Shown here: positions 18,683-29,535 of the stretch, in pieces
Layout: every line of letters starts with the position of its first letter
How positions within the stretch are numbered: the stretch's first letter is position 1
IMG/VR virus record: IMGVR_UViG_3300031555_003590
Location: 228,120 to 292,119 of that record
Strand: one strand, 5' to 3'
DNA length: 64,000 nucleotides
DNA from: a virus
Taxonomy: Duplodnaviria; Caudoviricetes
The notes under the pieces: generated by a model
The model's database searches: none
What the model saw: only the letters and a program-made list of their open reading frames with translations
What the model was told of the DNA's origin: nothing
Made by a program: the position numbers and the translations under genes

Positions 18683-19688
18683 ATCCTTTATTCATATGAT
18701 TAATAAGAATATCAATGATTTGATCTCTTAATTCATCAGGAAGTGGAGCTCCTGAACTTTTTGCGTGTCCGCCTCCTCCTATAGGTAGTGCAACATCTCT
18801 ACCAATATCAAGATCATCTCTAATAGCTCTAAAACTAAAAGTACCACCACTCCAGAAATCAAAGATAGCAAACATATCAAATTCAGGATATTTTTTAAGA
18901 AATTGATATGCTAATTCTGATCCATTAACACCAAATCCTCCGATACTAAATGCAGTATTTAAACCTCTAACATTAATATGATATACATCATCAGGAGTAA
19001 CAGTATCAATGATATTTTGTTCTCTTTCAAGTTTAGCATCAACAAACTTAAGATCTTCAAGGAGAATAATATCATCAGATTTAATGTTACTAAGTCTCTT
19101 TACATACTGATCACAAAATCTTTCCATTCCTAATAAACTAAATAAAGTTTGCAACTTTTTAGCATTCAAATTATTTGTACTTTTCCACTCATATGTATCA
19201 TATGACCGAATAGTATCAACAAACTCTGCTAAGAATCTTTGACTAGTATCTGTTCCAGAAACAAATTTGGCTCTAGGATCATCAGGAAAATCAATTGCTA
19301 ATGCACAATAATGTTGATAAATTAAACTAGTACCAGACTGCATTATTCCAAGTTCATTTTCAGGAATAATAACTGCACTAGGAACTATATGTGTTGCAAA
19401 GAAATTTGTACGATGATGATCCCAAATTCTAGGAGTATTAAAATTCTTAACAATGTATTCCAATGTTTCTCTACTAGCCACAATATCAGCAAAACAAATC
19501 TCAGTATCTTTATTAACAATACCTGATTTTAATACTTCCATAACTTCATTATCAATACCAGAATTTGTACAATTAATAACTTTATATTCAACATTTTTTT
19601 CCAAATGTTGATGTGCTAATTCATACACAATTCTGCTACCTGCTCCGTCCAAATCATCATGTGTAAACAAAATTGTTTTAAGACTCAT
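18657..19688 (-). CDS. DHH/DHHA1 phosphoesterase
   Basis: THDDLDG, FADI, WDHH, GGGGHAKSSG; start refined to ATG 19688 (RBS GGAGGT). Confidence 0.9.
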   Translation of the reverse strand: MSLKTILFTHDDLDGAGSRIVYELAHQHLEKNVEYKVINCTNSGIDNEVMEVLKSGIVNKDTEICFADIVASRETLEYIVKNFNTPRIWDHHRTNFFATHIVPSAVIIPENELGIMQSGTSLIYQHYCALAIDFPDDPRAKFVSGTDTSQRFLAEFVDTIRSYDTYEWKSTNNLNAKKLQTLFSLLGMERFCDQYVKRLSNIKSDDIILLEDLKFVDAKLEREQNIIDTVTPDDVYHINVRGLNTAFSIGGFGVNGSELAYQFLKKYPEFDMFAIFDFWSGGTFSFRAIRDDLDIGRDVALPIGGGGHAKSSGAPLPDELRDQIIDILINHMNKGYEYDNSSR

Positions 19689-19749
19689 TAATTTTACCTC
19701 CATTTTCAAGTAATAATTTTCAATTTTAGTTTATTCGTTCATTATATAA

Positions 19750-19781
19750 ATAATATATAATTTTATATCATGATATATACG
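19750..19781 (-). promoter_or_regulatory. Putative early promoter CGTAT-N17-TATATATTAT
   Basis: Recurrent motif upstream of the DHH-deaminase operon. Confidence 0.6.
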
Positions 19782-19833
19782 AACTTTCTTAGTAAAATTT
19801 ATATTACTAAAATAAAGGAGGTGATATGGGTTT

Positions 19834-21990
19834 ATGGCAGATATAAAACAAATTAATGGCCGTTTTTATGATTTTACTCCAACAAAAAATCCAAGTTTCT
19901 TATTGACAGCTAAAGAACTTAAAACTCTAGGTATTAAGAATTATTATTTTATGTTAAGAATTAACAATCCTAGAGTTGCTGACATTGACCCATTTAAACC
20001 AGATATAACTCCTCAAGAAGTTAATGCATTATTACATGAATATCGTAATAATATGTGGTATTTTGCTCGCACAGCTGTACGTATGCGTACTGATAAAGGT
20101 GTTGTACCTTATGGACTTCATAGAGGATTAGCAGCTGCATTATGGTGTTTTGAAAGATCTCAAGATTTTTGTTTAAATGAACCACGTCAGACATGGAAAA
20201 CAACTGGTACTATTGGTGGTCCTGTATGTTGGGCTGTGCAATTATCTAAAAACTTACATGTTCATTTCTTTGGTAAAGAAACTGATAATACAAAACGAAA
20301 CTTAGCTCATTTAAAAAATAATATTGAATTATTACCTGAATGGCTTCAGTTTCGTAAATATATGGCTGAAGATGGTAAGATTAAGAAATCAAGACAAGCA
20401 ACTGAAAAATTAGAAAATAATTTACTTCATAATAGTGTTGAAATTCATCCTAAACCAACTAGTTTGTCTCATGCTCAAGGTATGGGACGTGGTGGATCTG
20501 GTGCTATTTTATATTTTGATGAGATTGAACATACTCCATTCTTTGGTGAAATACTTTCAAACTCTGCTCCTTTATATAAAACTGCATCTGAAAACGCAGC
20601 AGCAGCTGGTCGCCCACATTGCCGAATATTTACGACTACGCCTGGAAATTTAGATACTCGAGAAGGACGTGATGCACTTCCGATAATTCAATCGATGATT
20701 CCATGGACTGAAAAAATTTATGATATGACTGAAGAAGAAATTACTAATTATAAATCAGCATTTCAAGAAGAATATCACAACAGTGAAGAAAAACGAACTC
20801 GTGAAGTTGTTGATATTTTTTATATGGAGTATCAATATTTTCAAGTCCGAAAAACATATGATTGGGTATTAGAACAGTATAAACTATCTGGTGATAAGAT
20901 GGCTATTAGAAGAGAAATCTTATTACAAAGATTACGTGGTTCTAATGCATCTCCATTTAGTCCAGAAGATATTGAATATCTAATTTCCAATATGAAAAAA
21001 TCTACAAGAGAACTTTTAGTATGTGGAAAATGGTTATTCCGTTTGTATGATCATGGGGCTGGATTTCAATTTGGTAAACCAAAAGATTTAGATGAAAATA
21101 TTCCATACTTAGTTGGCATTGATCCTGCATCAGGCGGCGGTGGAGATAATTTTGCTATCACGATTGTAAATCCATTTAATTTACAAATTGCAGCTGAATT
21201 TAAATCTCCATATATTTCTGGACCAAATGCAGTTAAAATGTTAATTGAATTAGTAAGTAATTATATTCCTCATGCAGTATTAATTCCTGAAAAGAATAGT
21301 ATGGGTATTTATCTAATTCAAATGTTATTAGAAACTTCTATTAGAGATAATTTATATTGGTCTGAATCAGCTAGACAGTTGGAAGAAATGGTTGAAGAAT
21401 CAGCTGAAGATAATCAACTTAAATCAATGGCTGCTCAATATAAAAAGTATGGAACTTATCTATCTAAAAAAGTTCGAGATGCAATGTTTGAATTATTATT
21501 CCAACATGTAGATGGACATAAAGAATTACTTAATACTGAATATTTAGTAGATGATATGTGTAAACTAATTAAAACGTCTACTGGTAAAATTCAAGCTGAT
21601 CAAGGTGAACATGATGACTGTGTAATGAGTTATCTTCATACTATTTATATTTACTATACTGGAGATAATTTAGAACATTTTGGAATTATTAAAGAATTAC
21701 ATCCAATTGCTGGAACTATTACTACATTAGAAGATAATACTGATCAGAAGTTATTGGAAAAAGATAATATGAGTAGCTACTTCACACAAAGTGAAGCAAC
21801 TAGATCATATGATGAAATAGTAATAGAAGATGCAATTAGAATTGAAGGTGAAATTAAAGAATTAGTAAATACATTTAAATTTATGCATGATGATGTATAT
21901 TCTAGAATTAGAGATAATTCTACTGGTCAAAATGATGAAAATATTTCTATAGGTGCTCATTTTTTTGATACAATAAATAGTGTATATTGA
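19834..21990 (+). CDS. terL: Terminase large subunit
   Basis: PRQTWKTT Walker A, YFDE Walker B, TTTPG, VGIDPASG nuclease Asp, GEHDD. Confidence 0.9.
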   Translation: MADIKQINGRFYDFTPTKNPSFLLTAKELKTLGIKNYYFMLRINNPRVADIDPFKPDITPQEVNALLHEYRNNMWYFARTAVRMRTDKGVVPYGLHRGLAAALWCFERSQDFCLNEPRQTWKTTGTIGGPVCWAVQLSKNLHVHFFGKETDNTKRNLAHLKNNIELLPEWLQFRKYMAEDGKIKKSRQATEKLENNLLHNSVEIHPKPTSLSHAQGMGRGGSGAILYFDEIEHTPFFGEILSNSAPLYKTASENAAAAGRPHCRIFTTTPGNLDTREGRDALPIIQSMIPWTEKIYDMTEEEITNYKSAFQEEYHNSEEKRTREVVDIFYMEYQYFQVRKTYDWVLEQYKLSGDKMAIRREILLQRLRGSNASPFSPEDIEYLISNMKKSTRELLVCGKWLFRLYDHGAGFQFGKPKDLDENIPYLVGIDPASGGGGDNFAITIVNPFNLQIAAEFKSPYISGPNAVKMLIELVSNYIPHAVLIPEKNSMGIYLIQMLLETSIRDNLYWSESARQLEEMVEESAEDNQLKSMAAQYKKYGTYLSKKVRDAMFELLFQHVDGHKELLNTEYLVDDMCKLIKTSTGKIQADQGEHDDCVMSYLHTIYIYYTGDNLEHFGIIKELHPIAGTITTLEDNTDQKLLEKDNMSSYFTQSEATRSYDEIVIEDAIRIEGEIKELVNTFKFMHDDVYSRIRDNSTGQNDENISIGAHFFDTINSVY

Positions 21991-22009
21991 AGTATAATTA
22001 ATTAATGAT

Positions 22010-22021
22010 AACCCAAATGTA
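22010..22021 (+). promoter_or_regulatory. Putative late promoter AACC-N6-TA
   Basis: Recurrent motif. Confidence 0.5.
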
Positions 22022-22057
22022 ATCAGCTTCAATAAAGATTGGAGGGATAAATAATAA

Positions 22058-22771
22058 ATGGGAGTTTTATATGCAAATAAAGGTAAAATTTATTGCAATG
22101 AATATATGGAAATTTATATTCCAATGGAATATTTCAATAATAAAATTGCAATTAATAAGGGATCTATGATTGAAACACTTGGACTTGTATATGTAAGATC
22201 ATTTAAGAATGGTGAGGAAGGACCATTACAATTAATGAATCTTCCTACTGTAGTACATTTTATGGTTTATGAATTTAAACAAGAATCAATTAAAATTAAT
22301 AATGATATTATCGATGTTATGACTCTTGAATATTTAAAAGATTCATATGTATTACATCAAACAATTGCTAAAGGTAGAGATGTTGCTAATGCGTTCCTCA
22401 ATATGATGTTAGCAGGTAAACTTCCTACTACATTAAATTATACTAAAATTATTGATATCTGGTGGAAGAATTTGGAGATTTCTGGTGTTTCTTATAAAGT
22501 ACCATCTAAAATTTTTGAAATGATTATTGCTACCATATATAGAAATTCTCATAATACAAAAGAACGTTATGGTCAATATTATGGCAAACAAACCAATCCA
22601 TCAGGATATGACTATACTACTGGTAATGTTAGAGATGTTGTAAAAGATTTGTCAACATTCAGTGGTATGGTATTTGAGGATATTGGTACAATGATTTCTA
22701 ATGGTATTAATAATTCAATTGACAATATTGATGAACCTATATCTCCTTTAGAAAAAATTATTCACTACTAG
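22058..22771 (+). CDS. Probable C-terminal fragment of an RNA polymerase beta-prime subunit
   Basis: GVSYKVPSKIFEMIIATIYR...STFSGMVFEDIGTMI resembles beta-prime GVKINDKHIEVIVRQMLR...SFISAASFQETTRVL. Confidence 0.5.
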   Translation: MGVLYANKGKIYCNEYMEIYIPMEYFNNKIAINKGSMIETLGLVYVRSFKNGEEGPLQLMNLPTVVHFMVYEFKQESIKINNDIIDVMTLEYLKDSYVLHQTIAKGRDVANAFLNMMLAGKLPTTLNYTKIIDIWWKNLEISGVSYKVPSKIFEMIIATIYRNSHNTKERYGQYYGKQTNPSGYDYTTGNVRDVVKDLSTFSGMVFEDIGTMISNGINNSIDNIDEPISPLEKIIHY

Positions 22772-22787
22772 TACGCTATTGTTTAGT

Positions 22788-22799
22788 AACACTCTATTA
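22788..22799 (+). promoter_or_regulatory. Putative late promoter AACA-N6-TA
   Basis: Matches the AR9-type late consensus, upstream of sheath. Confidence 0.6.
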
Positions 22800-22847
22800 A
22801 AGAGGTAATCCCTTCTGATTTTACAATTAAAAATAACTAGTAAAGGA

Positions 22848-25340
22848 GTGTCTGAAAATATGGATAATATGGAATCCACTGTTCAAATCATACCTTATTA
22901 TGCTCATCCTCATGTTCATACAGTTATTCAGGATAATACTTGGTATGATGAAACCGTTGCTACTCCTGTCAGTGCTGATGATATGCCATTTGCAACTTGT
23001 GTTGTAACTGGTGCTGATCAGGGTATCGACAACACCTTTGTCCGTTTAAATGATCTTGCTACTAAGGAAGCTTTATTCGGCAAAGGTAATTTCCAGAAGT
23101 ATGGACAGCCTTCTATCCAAGCAGATGTACTTTTTAATGGAAGTACTAATGTTTGGTTCTGTCGTGTACTTCCTGACAATGCTACATATTCAAATGTAGT
23201 AATTCTAGCTCATTATCGTAAAGGTAATATTCTTGATGATCTTGGTCAAGAAACTGGTAAGGTTCGTCTTGAAGTTAAATATTCTCTTGCATATGCTAAC
23301 AAACCTTATCTTACTGAGGGTGCTAAGAGTGAAGATGATATCGAGGAGTTTGCTCGTAGTCTAGCTTCTTCTACTGCTGATCCTCAAACTGGTTATATGA
23401 CCGTACCTCTTTGCTATATCAGAAGCATTGGTCGTGGCCAGTATGGTAATAATTATTCTATTTCTATTACTAGAGATACTGATGCTGAGAAAGAATATGA
23501 TCTCAAGATGTATCGTTTTAATCTTATCAGCAATAGTACAGTTACTCGTGTAATCAATATGTTCTCTGGTTCTCTACATCAGACTGTGCGTTATGATATG
23601 TCTACAATGATATCTGACGTAATTGATCAATTCTCTACTGGTTCTTCACCTATTCGTATTCAGTCCTTTGAAGATAGTTTCCAGACTATTTATAATTTCT
23701 ATAAGAATAATATTGTTGCAGCTAATAAAGAGTATGTTATGAACTCTGGTATGAATGCTGATGATGTGGCTGAACTAGAAGAAGCTCTTAAAGTTGTTGA
23801 GGATTCTTTCGATCCCATTTTTGGTATGAAACTTAATACTCGTACTAGTGAACAAATTCCTTATTACCGTAACTATACTGTCAAGTCTACTGGTGCTTAT
23901 GTTGCTCCAGATCTTGAAGTACCTAATACTGGCGGTGCATCTAAGCCTCTGAATATTGCTGATTGGAGTACTGCTTATGTAGGTGCTCGTGTTCTTGTAG
24001 TTGCTGATCCTCTCAATGATGGTTATCGTTGGATGTATAATGTTACTAATATTGATCCTGATACTGGTAATATTATTTATGACGAAGGTGTTGAGTGTGC
24101 TATCGATGATGATCAGTATGATGGTGTAAATCTTGGTATTTCTACTGGTAATATGCTCAGCGGTGGTCATGATGGTGACTTCGAAGAAATTACTGTAAAT
24201 GGTGAAACTCGTGCTCCTAATGAGAGTGAAATGAAGGTTCTATTATCTCGTGAATTCGTAAAGGCATTCCGTGGTACAAAGGACCGTAAGATTTTATCTC
24301 CTGCTCGTGTAAATCTTGACTTTATTTTTGATGCCAACTATAATATGACTAATGATCTTGATACTAGTGGTATTCAGGATAGTACTATTACTATGTACAA
24401 TAATTCTACCATTCTTACTGATAAGGATGCTCAGAAGTTAGCTGTTCTTGGTACTAGTGGTCTTGGTCTTGACTTTGCTGATCTTAATGTTAAGAAAGCA
24501 ATGTATGATCTTAATGAGTTCCGTAATCGTAATGGTATGACTATTAATCCTGACATGGGTGCTGGTTGTAGTTTATATCTTGATTGTGGACTTGTTGGAA
24601 TGAAGAACGTTGGTCTCAATTATGAACTCATGGATGTCATTAATATGATGGAAGAGTTTGAAGGTAGAGCTTGTTCTGTTGATCTTGGTTATTATGAGAT
24701 CTTTGATCCTACTTCTCGTAAGCGTATCAAGGTTACTGTAGGTTATTATCTTGCTAAGAATCTAATTCCTCATATTATGATGTATGGTCTTAATAAACCT
24801 TTCGTTTATAACTTTGCTACTCTTAGGGCTATTCAACGCGATGCTTCTATGGTAACTAGTGGTGATATGATTCGTGATACTTTTATGCCTGACATCGATC
24901 TTATTGATTGGGATGTTAAGGAGATGCTTTATAACTCTCGTATTAACTACTATCTTACTACAGATGAAGGTCGTCAGGTTCAACGTGCTACTCAGAATAC
25001 ACGTCAAATGGATGCTTCTGCTCTACTTGAAGAGAATAATGTTCGTGTTCTTAATACTCTTAAGAAGGGCCTTGAGAAAGCTTGTCGTGGTTATCTATAT
25101 GAGTGGAATGAACCTGAAGTTCGTAAAGGTTATACCCAAGCTCAGATGGAAGTATATCGTCCATGGATTGGTACTATGGTACAGGATCTTGACATCAAGT
25201 TCACTGCCAATGAGTGGGAACAGGAGCGTATGATTATGCACTGCTATGTTGAAGTCAAGTTCCGTGATATTGTTAAGAGAATTATTCTGGAGATTAATAT
25301 CCAAAGACCTACTTATTCTACTACAGGAGGTGAAGAATAA
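22848..25340 (+). CDS. Tail sheath protein
   Basis: 830 aa; FGKGNFQKYGQP and FCRV N-terminus; NSRINY...EENNVRVL...YLYEWNE C-terminal sheath domain; translationally coupled to the next gene. Confidence 0.85.
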   Translation: MSENMDNMESTVQIIPYYAHPHVHTVIQDNTWYDETVATPVSADDMPFATCVVTGADQGIDNTFVRLNDLATKEALFGKGNFQKYGQPSIQADVLFNGSTNVWFCRVLPDNATYSNVVILAHYRKGNILDDLGQETGKVRLEVKYSLAYANKPYLTEGAKSEDDIEEFARSLASSTADPQTGYMTVPLCYIRSIGRGQYGNNYSISITRDTDAEKEYDLKMYRFNLISNSTVTRVINMFSGSLHQTVRYDMSTMISDVIDQFSTGSSPIRIQSFEDSFQTIYNFYKNNIVAANKEYVMNSGMNADDVAELEEALKVVEDSFDPIFGMKLNTRTSEQIPYYRNYTVKSTGAYVAPDLEVPNTGGASKPLNIADWSTAYVGARVLVVADPLNDGYRWMYNVTNIDPDTGNIIYDEGVECAIDDDQYDGVNLGISTGNMLSGGHDGDFEEITVNGETRAPNESEMKVLLSREFVKAFRGTKDRKILSPARVNLDFIFDANYNMTNDLDTSGIQDSTITMYNNSTILTDKDAQKLAVLGTSGLGLDFADLNVKKAMYDLNEFRNRNGMTINPDMGAGCSLYLDCGLVGMKNVGLNYELMDVINMMEEFEGRACSVDLGYYEIFDPTSRKRIKVTVGYYLAKNLIPHIMMYGLNKPFVYNFATLRAIQRDASMVTSGDMIRDTFMPDIDLIDWDVKEMLYNSRINYYLTTDEGRQVQRATQNTRQMDASALLEENNVRVLNTLKKGLEKACRGYLYEWNEPEVRKGYTQAQMEVYRPWIGTMVQDLDIKFTANEWEQERMIMHCYVEVKFRDIVKRIILEINIQRPTYSTTGGEE

Positions 25341-26422
25341 TGGCTATTCCTGGCGTAATTACTGCTCAGACTGGCGGTAGACAATTTGATGCTCCTGATC
25401 TGACTAAGTATTCTATGTTTGTCGGTGGTACCAATGCAACTCATCATGCATTGCGTAACTATTCTCCGATGCTAAATGGGTTTGGACGTCTATTTATGGT
25501 TCGCCCTCCTTATGCTATTCTAAAAATGTTTGCAGGTACAGATGATAAGCTTTATAGCTCTGACTCTTTATTTATTCAATTTAAGCATATGCTTGAATAC
25601 ATGAATAGATCTGTAAGTGGATTCGCTGAAAAGACTCTTGAGAATGCTAGTACTGCAATTCAAGGTGGTTTTGCTGGTCGTTCATTTAATACTCCTACTG
25701 TTACTAAGGAAACTACTAATGAAATTACTATTGGTTTATATGAAATGGTAGGTGCTCCTGTTTATACAGTTATTGATGGTTGGATGAATGCCATTGGCGA
25801 TGAGAACTCTGGTTTAGCTACTTATGGTGGCTATATTTCTGGTGGCTATGATGAAGTTACTAAGAAAGAAAAACGTCTATATATGCGTGCTGGTGAATCT
25901 GAAGATGGTATTCCTTTTAATGAGGCAAATCATACTGCAGAATTTATTTATGTAATGCATGATCGTTCCGGTTCTCAAGTTGAGCGTGCAGTTCTATTAG
26001 CTGACTGCTATCCTAAGGGTATTGCTCAAGGTAATATTCTTAATATGGAAGCTGGAGGCGGCCATGATAATGTTACTTATGATATTACATTTAACTGTGT
26101 CATGTATCGCTCTCCTATTATTACTGCAATTGCTAATGATTTACTGAAACAGTATCGTATTGTATCTAATTCACTGAACTTCAATCCTGAACTTGGTGAC
26201 GCTGTTTACGCAGATAATAATACTAACCTATTCCAGAGATCTCTTGGTCCAGTTCCTGTTGATAGTGCTACTGGTACTAACATTGGCAACGTTCCTGTAT
26301 TCCATCCTTCTAATAGTCCTAAGACTGTTCTTACTCAAGAGAAGGATATGAATATAGCTAAACTTTCTGGTCAGGCTGGTTATAAAGCTTCTCCTAGCTG
26401 GAATGGATTTGCTAGTGAATAA
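25340..26422 (+). CDS. Tail tube protein
   Basis: Follows sheath; WMNAIGD...ADCYPKG...YDITF tube-like pattern; high-expression codons. Confidence 0.7.
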   Translation: MAIPGVITAQTGGRQFDAPDLTKYSMFVGGTNATHHALRNYSPMLNGFGRLFMVRPPYAILKMFAGTDDKLYSSDSLFIQFKHMLEYMNRSVSGFAEKTLENASTAIQGGFAGRSFNTPTVTKETTNEITIGLYEMVGAPVYTVIDGWMNAIGDENSGLATYGGYISGGYDEVTKKEKRLYMRAGESEDGIPFNEANHTAEFIYVMHDRSGSQVERAVLLADCYPKGIAQGNILNMEAGGGHDNVTYDITFNCVMYRSPIITAIANDLLKQYRIVSNSLNFNPELGDAVYADNNTNLFQRSLGPVPVDSATGTNIGNVPVFHPSNSPKTVLTQEKDMNIAKLSGQAGYKASPSWNGFASE

Positions 26423-26458
26423 TTTATAATTTACTCCTTTACTTCTTTTCATATTAAT

Positions 26459-26495
26459 ATGATATGCAGGGGAGTTAAACTCCCCTGTATATCAT
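26459..26495. terminator. Terminator after the tube gene
   Basis: ATGATATGCAGGGGAG-ttaaa-CTCCCCTGTATATCAT. Confidence 0.8.
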
Positions 26496-26498
26496 TAT

Positions 26499-26529
26499 CG
26501 TATATTTTTATAAAATATTTATATATTAT
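26499..26529 (+). promoter_or_regulatory. Putative early promoter CGTAT-N16-TATATATTAT
   Basis: Recurrent motif. Confidence 0.7.
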
Positions 26530-26598
26530 TTATTTGAATAGAAGATTGAAATATATCTGACATTTAAAAAATTGATTGTAAAACGGAGGAATTACAAA

Positions 26599-27045
26599 AT
26601 GGAGAAATATACTTACAATGATTTAGTGAAAGCTGTATCCACAATAAAATCAATTGTCACTGATATAAAGTACAATGGTGAAGTTACTGATGATTTAGCT
26701 TTTGAATTTAGATGCAGTATACGCCGTATTGAACAGGTAATGAAAAAGAAAGAAATTTTGGATTCCAAGCTAAAAGATCTTGAAATCCTGGCAAAGTTGA
26801 AGTTGGATATCATCCAAAATGGTAAAATTCGTCAAGAAGATATAAATGATCCTGATGGAATTGAATATCCTTATCCTTGTAAACAAGATCAAGATAGAGT
26901 CAAAGCTTTGGAATCTATTCAAGAAAAATATACCTATGGATGGTACATTGCAACAGAAACTCTTGAAGAACAACTATCCAGTATTACCAAGTTCGAGCAA
27001 TATATCCTGGACTACAATGGAGATAAGGAGAGGAGTGGTACTTAA
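26599..27045 (+). CDS. Hypothetical early protein
   Basis: RBS GGAGGA before ATG 26599; own promoter and terminator (27029-27060). Confidence 0.75.
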   Translation: MEKYTYNDLVKAVSTIKSIVTDIKYNGEVTDDLAFEFRCSIRRIEQVMKKKEILDSKLKDLEILAKLKLDIIQNGKIRQEDINDPDGIEYPYPCKQDQDRVKALESIQEKYTYGWYIATETLEEQLSSITKFEQYILDYNGDKERSGT

Positions 27046-27160
27046 TTGTACCACTCCTCTTTTTTATTTTTTTATTTTAAAAAATACTTATATATTCTTG
27101 AAGTAACATGTAATCAAAGGATTTTCATGTTTAAGATTATATTAAATAGGAGGTAATTAG

Positions 27161-29518
27161 ATGCGTGAAAAATATAATCTAATACAAGAATTACAAAAGA
27201 AAAGTGAAGAATTAAAAGGTAAAAAGAAATTATCATTAGTAGGACAAGGTGACTTCGCTGGCGGTAATAACGTAATGCGTGGTACAATGAATATTAAACA
27301 TCATATTCAACATTTAGCAATTGATAATCCAGAATTTCCATTCTTCTATGATGGTAAAGAGAATTTAACAGGTGAACATTCTTCTGCATATAGTAGAACG
27401 AATAAAGAATATAAAGTAATTAATATAATAAAGAAATACAATGAGTTATTAAAAGGAAAATGTAATACTGCATTATATTTTCTATACTGTAAAGAAGATG
27501 ATTCTTATACAGTAATAGAACGTAAAGAAGTAGAAAATTTAACTGAACATTTTGGTTTCAATTACAAAAATGATTATTTAGATAATGCTGAAATTGGAGA
27601 AATAATTCCTAAAAATACAGTATTATATTCTTCTACATCATATGATGATAATATGAATGTATCAATTGGCGTTAATGGTAGAATATTATATGCAGTACAT
27701 CCTGGTGTACAAGATGATGCTATTATTGTGTCTGAATCATTTGCAAAAAGAATGGTAGCTGCTAATATTACATCAAAAACTATTCCAATTAATGAAAATA
27801 CTATTTTGTTAAATTTATATGGAAAAGATGGAGAATATAAAGGATTACCTGATATTGGTGATGTAATTCATGATGGTATATTAGCTGCTAGTAGAACGGT
27901 TAAAGAATCTAGAATGTTTTCTGATCTAAGGGATTCTTCTTTAACTACTATAAATCAACAAGGTGATTCTATTTACTATTGTGATGGAGAATCTGAAGTA
28001 ATTGATATTAATATTTATTGCAATAATCCTAATATTAAAGCAAATAAAGTTAATAAACAAATAGTGCAATATTACAATGATGCTAGATGGTTCTATACTG
28101 ATGTATATAAAGTATGTAATCAAATATTAAAATCTGGATCTAAAAATATTGATAAAGAAATTAATCGTTGGAAAAGAAGAGCTATGAATTATCTAGATAC
28201 ACAAGCTCAATGGGCTTTCAATGATAATGTATTTTCTAATATCATGGTAGAAATATTATTAAGAAAAAGAGAACCTATTAAAGTAGGAAGAAAAATCGTC
28301 GGACGTCATGGAAATAAAACAGTTGTAAGTGCAATATGGCCAGATGAAGAAATGCCATATTTAACTACTGAAAGTTATACTGATAAATATGGAGTAGTTC
28401 ATCCTAAAGGGGTTAGAGAAAGGGTAGAATTAATAACTAATCCGTTAGCAATTATTAATAGAACAATACCAATGGTTATGTTTGAAGGTAGTGTTACTTT
28501 CATTTTAGATAAAATGCGCAAACATATGACAACAATGGATAATATTGATGATCAAAAAGATTTTATGTTTGATGTATTAAACATACTTAATCCTAGTGAA
28601 GCAAAAAAATTAGTTAAATTATATAATGGATTAACTGATAAACAGAAAAAGAGATTTATTAATGATTGTATTTCTATTAATAGAGATGGAACATTAGGTA
28701 CTAATAATGGTGTATATTTAAAATGGGAAGCATTTAATGATGAATACAGTCTACGAGATTGTATTAGTCAAGTATATGATAAATATCCTGATATATTTAC
28801 TCCTTATAATATTTTCATTCCTAAACCTAAATGGGGTAGAGATATATTTATTGGAAAAGATTATGTTGGATATCAATATATACTAATGCTAAAACAATCT
28901 GGTGAAAGTGGTTTCTCTGTTAGAAGTTCTGGATCGGTTAGCGAAGAAAATTTACCTGAGAAAAGTAATGCTAATAAAATTGCAAGAGCTCCATTTTCTA
29001 GTAAACCAATAAGATTCGGCGAATATGAAACTCCTAACTATCTTATTATCGTAAATCCAGAAGATTTCGCTCTAGTTAGTGCATTATATAGAACTTCAGT
29101 TGATGGTAGAAGATTTATGTATGAAGCTATACTGTCTGAAGATGGTAATTATGAAATTCCTGCTAAATTTAATTCTAGAACTGCAGAAATTATGCAAGTA
29201 TATTTAAAGTCATTAGGTGTTAGAATGGAAACAGTTATAGATGAAGATGAATATATTGGAGAACCAGAACATCTAACTGATATAATTGGATATGAAATAG
29301 GTAATACTACTATATTCTGTACTCCTGATGAAATGTATTATTTAAAGAAACTCCATAAAGTATATAAGAAATATATTAAAGAAAATCCAAATCAAATTGA
29401 TGACGTTGATGAAGTATGGGATTATATAATGGAGAATCTTCCTTTCAAAAAGAAACATTTAACTGAAAATATCATTAATATATTTAAAGATAATTTAGAA
29501 GCATTTAGTAAATATTAA
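27161..29518 (+). CDS. Phage multisubunit RNA polymerase beta subunit, C-terminal part (probably the non-virion RNAP)
   Basis: QDDAIIVSE, KIVGRHGNK, NPLAIINR, YILMLKQ, RFGEYE, YLKSLG beta motifs; TATATATTCT at 27089-27098. Confidence 0.9.
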   Translation: MREKYNLIQELQKKSEELKGKKKLSLVGQGDFAGGNNVMRGTMNIKHHIQHLAIDNPEFPFFYDGKENLTGEHSSAYSRTNKEYKVINIIKKYNELLKGKCNTALYFLYCKEDDSYTVIERKEVENLTEHFGFNYKNDYLDNAEIGEIIPKNTVLYSSTSYDDNMNVSIGVNGRILYAVHPGVQDDAIIVSESFAKRMVAANITSKTIPINENTILLNLYGKDGEYKGLPDIGDVIHDGILAASRTVKESRMFSDLRDSSLTTINQQGDSIYYCDGESEVIDINIYCNNPNIKANKVNKQIVQYYNDARWFYTDVYKVCNQILKSGSKNIDKEINRWKRRAMNYLDTQAQWAFNDNVFSNIMVEILLRKREPIKVGRKIVGRHGNKTVVSAIWPDEEMPYLTTESYTDKYGVVHPKGVRERVELITNPLAIINRTIPMVMFEGSVTFILDKMRKHMTTMDNIDDQKDFMFDVLNILNPSEAKKLVKLYNGLTDKQKKRFINDCISINRDGTLGTNNGVYLKWEAFNDEYSLRDCISQVYDKYPDIFTPYNIFIPKPKWGRDIFIGKDYVGYQYILMLKQSGESGFSVRSSGSVSEENLPEKSNANKIARAPFSSKPIRFGEYETPNYLIIVNPEDFALVSALYRTSVDGRRFMYEAILSEDGNYEIPAKFNSRTAEIMQVYLKSLGVRMETVIDEDEYIGEPEHLTDIIGYEIGNTTIFCTPDEMYYLKKLHKVYKKYIKENPNQIDDVDEVWDYIMENLPFKKKHLTENIINIFKDNLEAFSKY

Positions 29519-29535
29519 AAAGAGGAGGTAACTAT

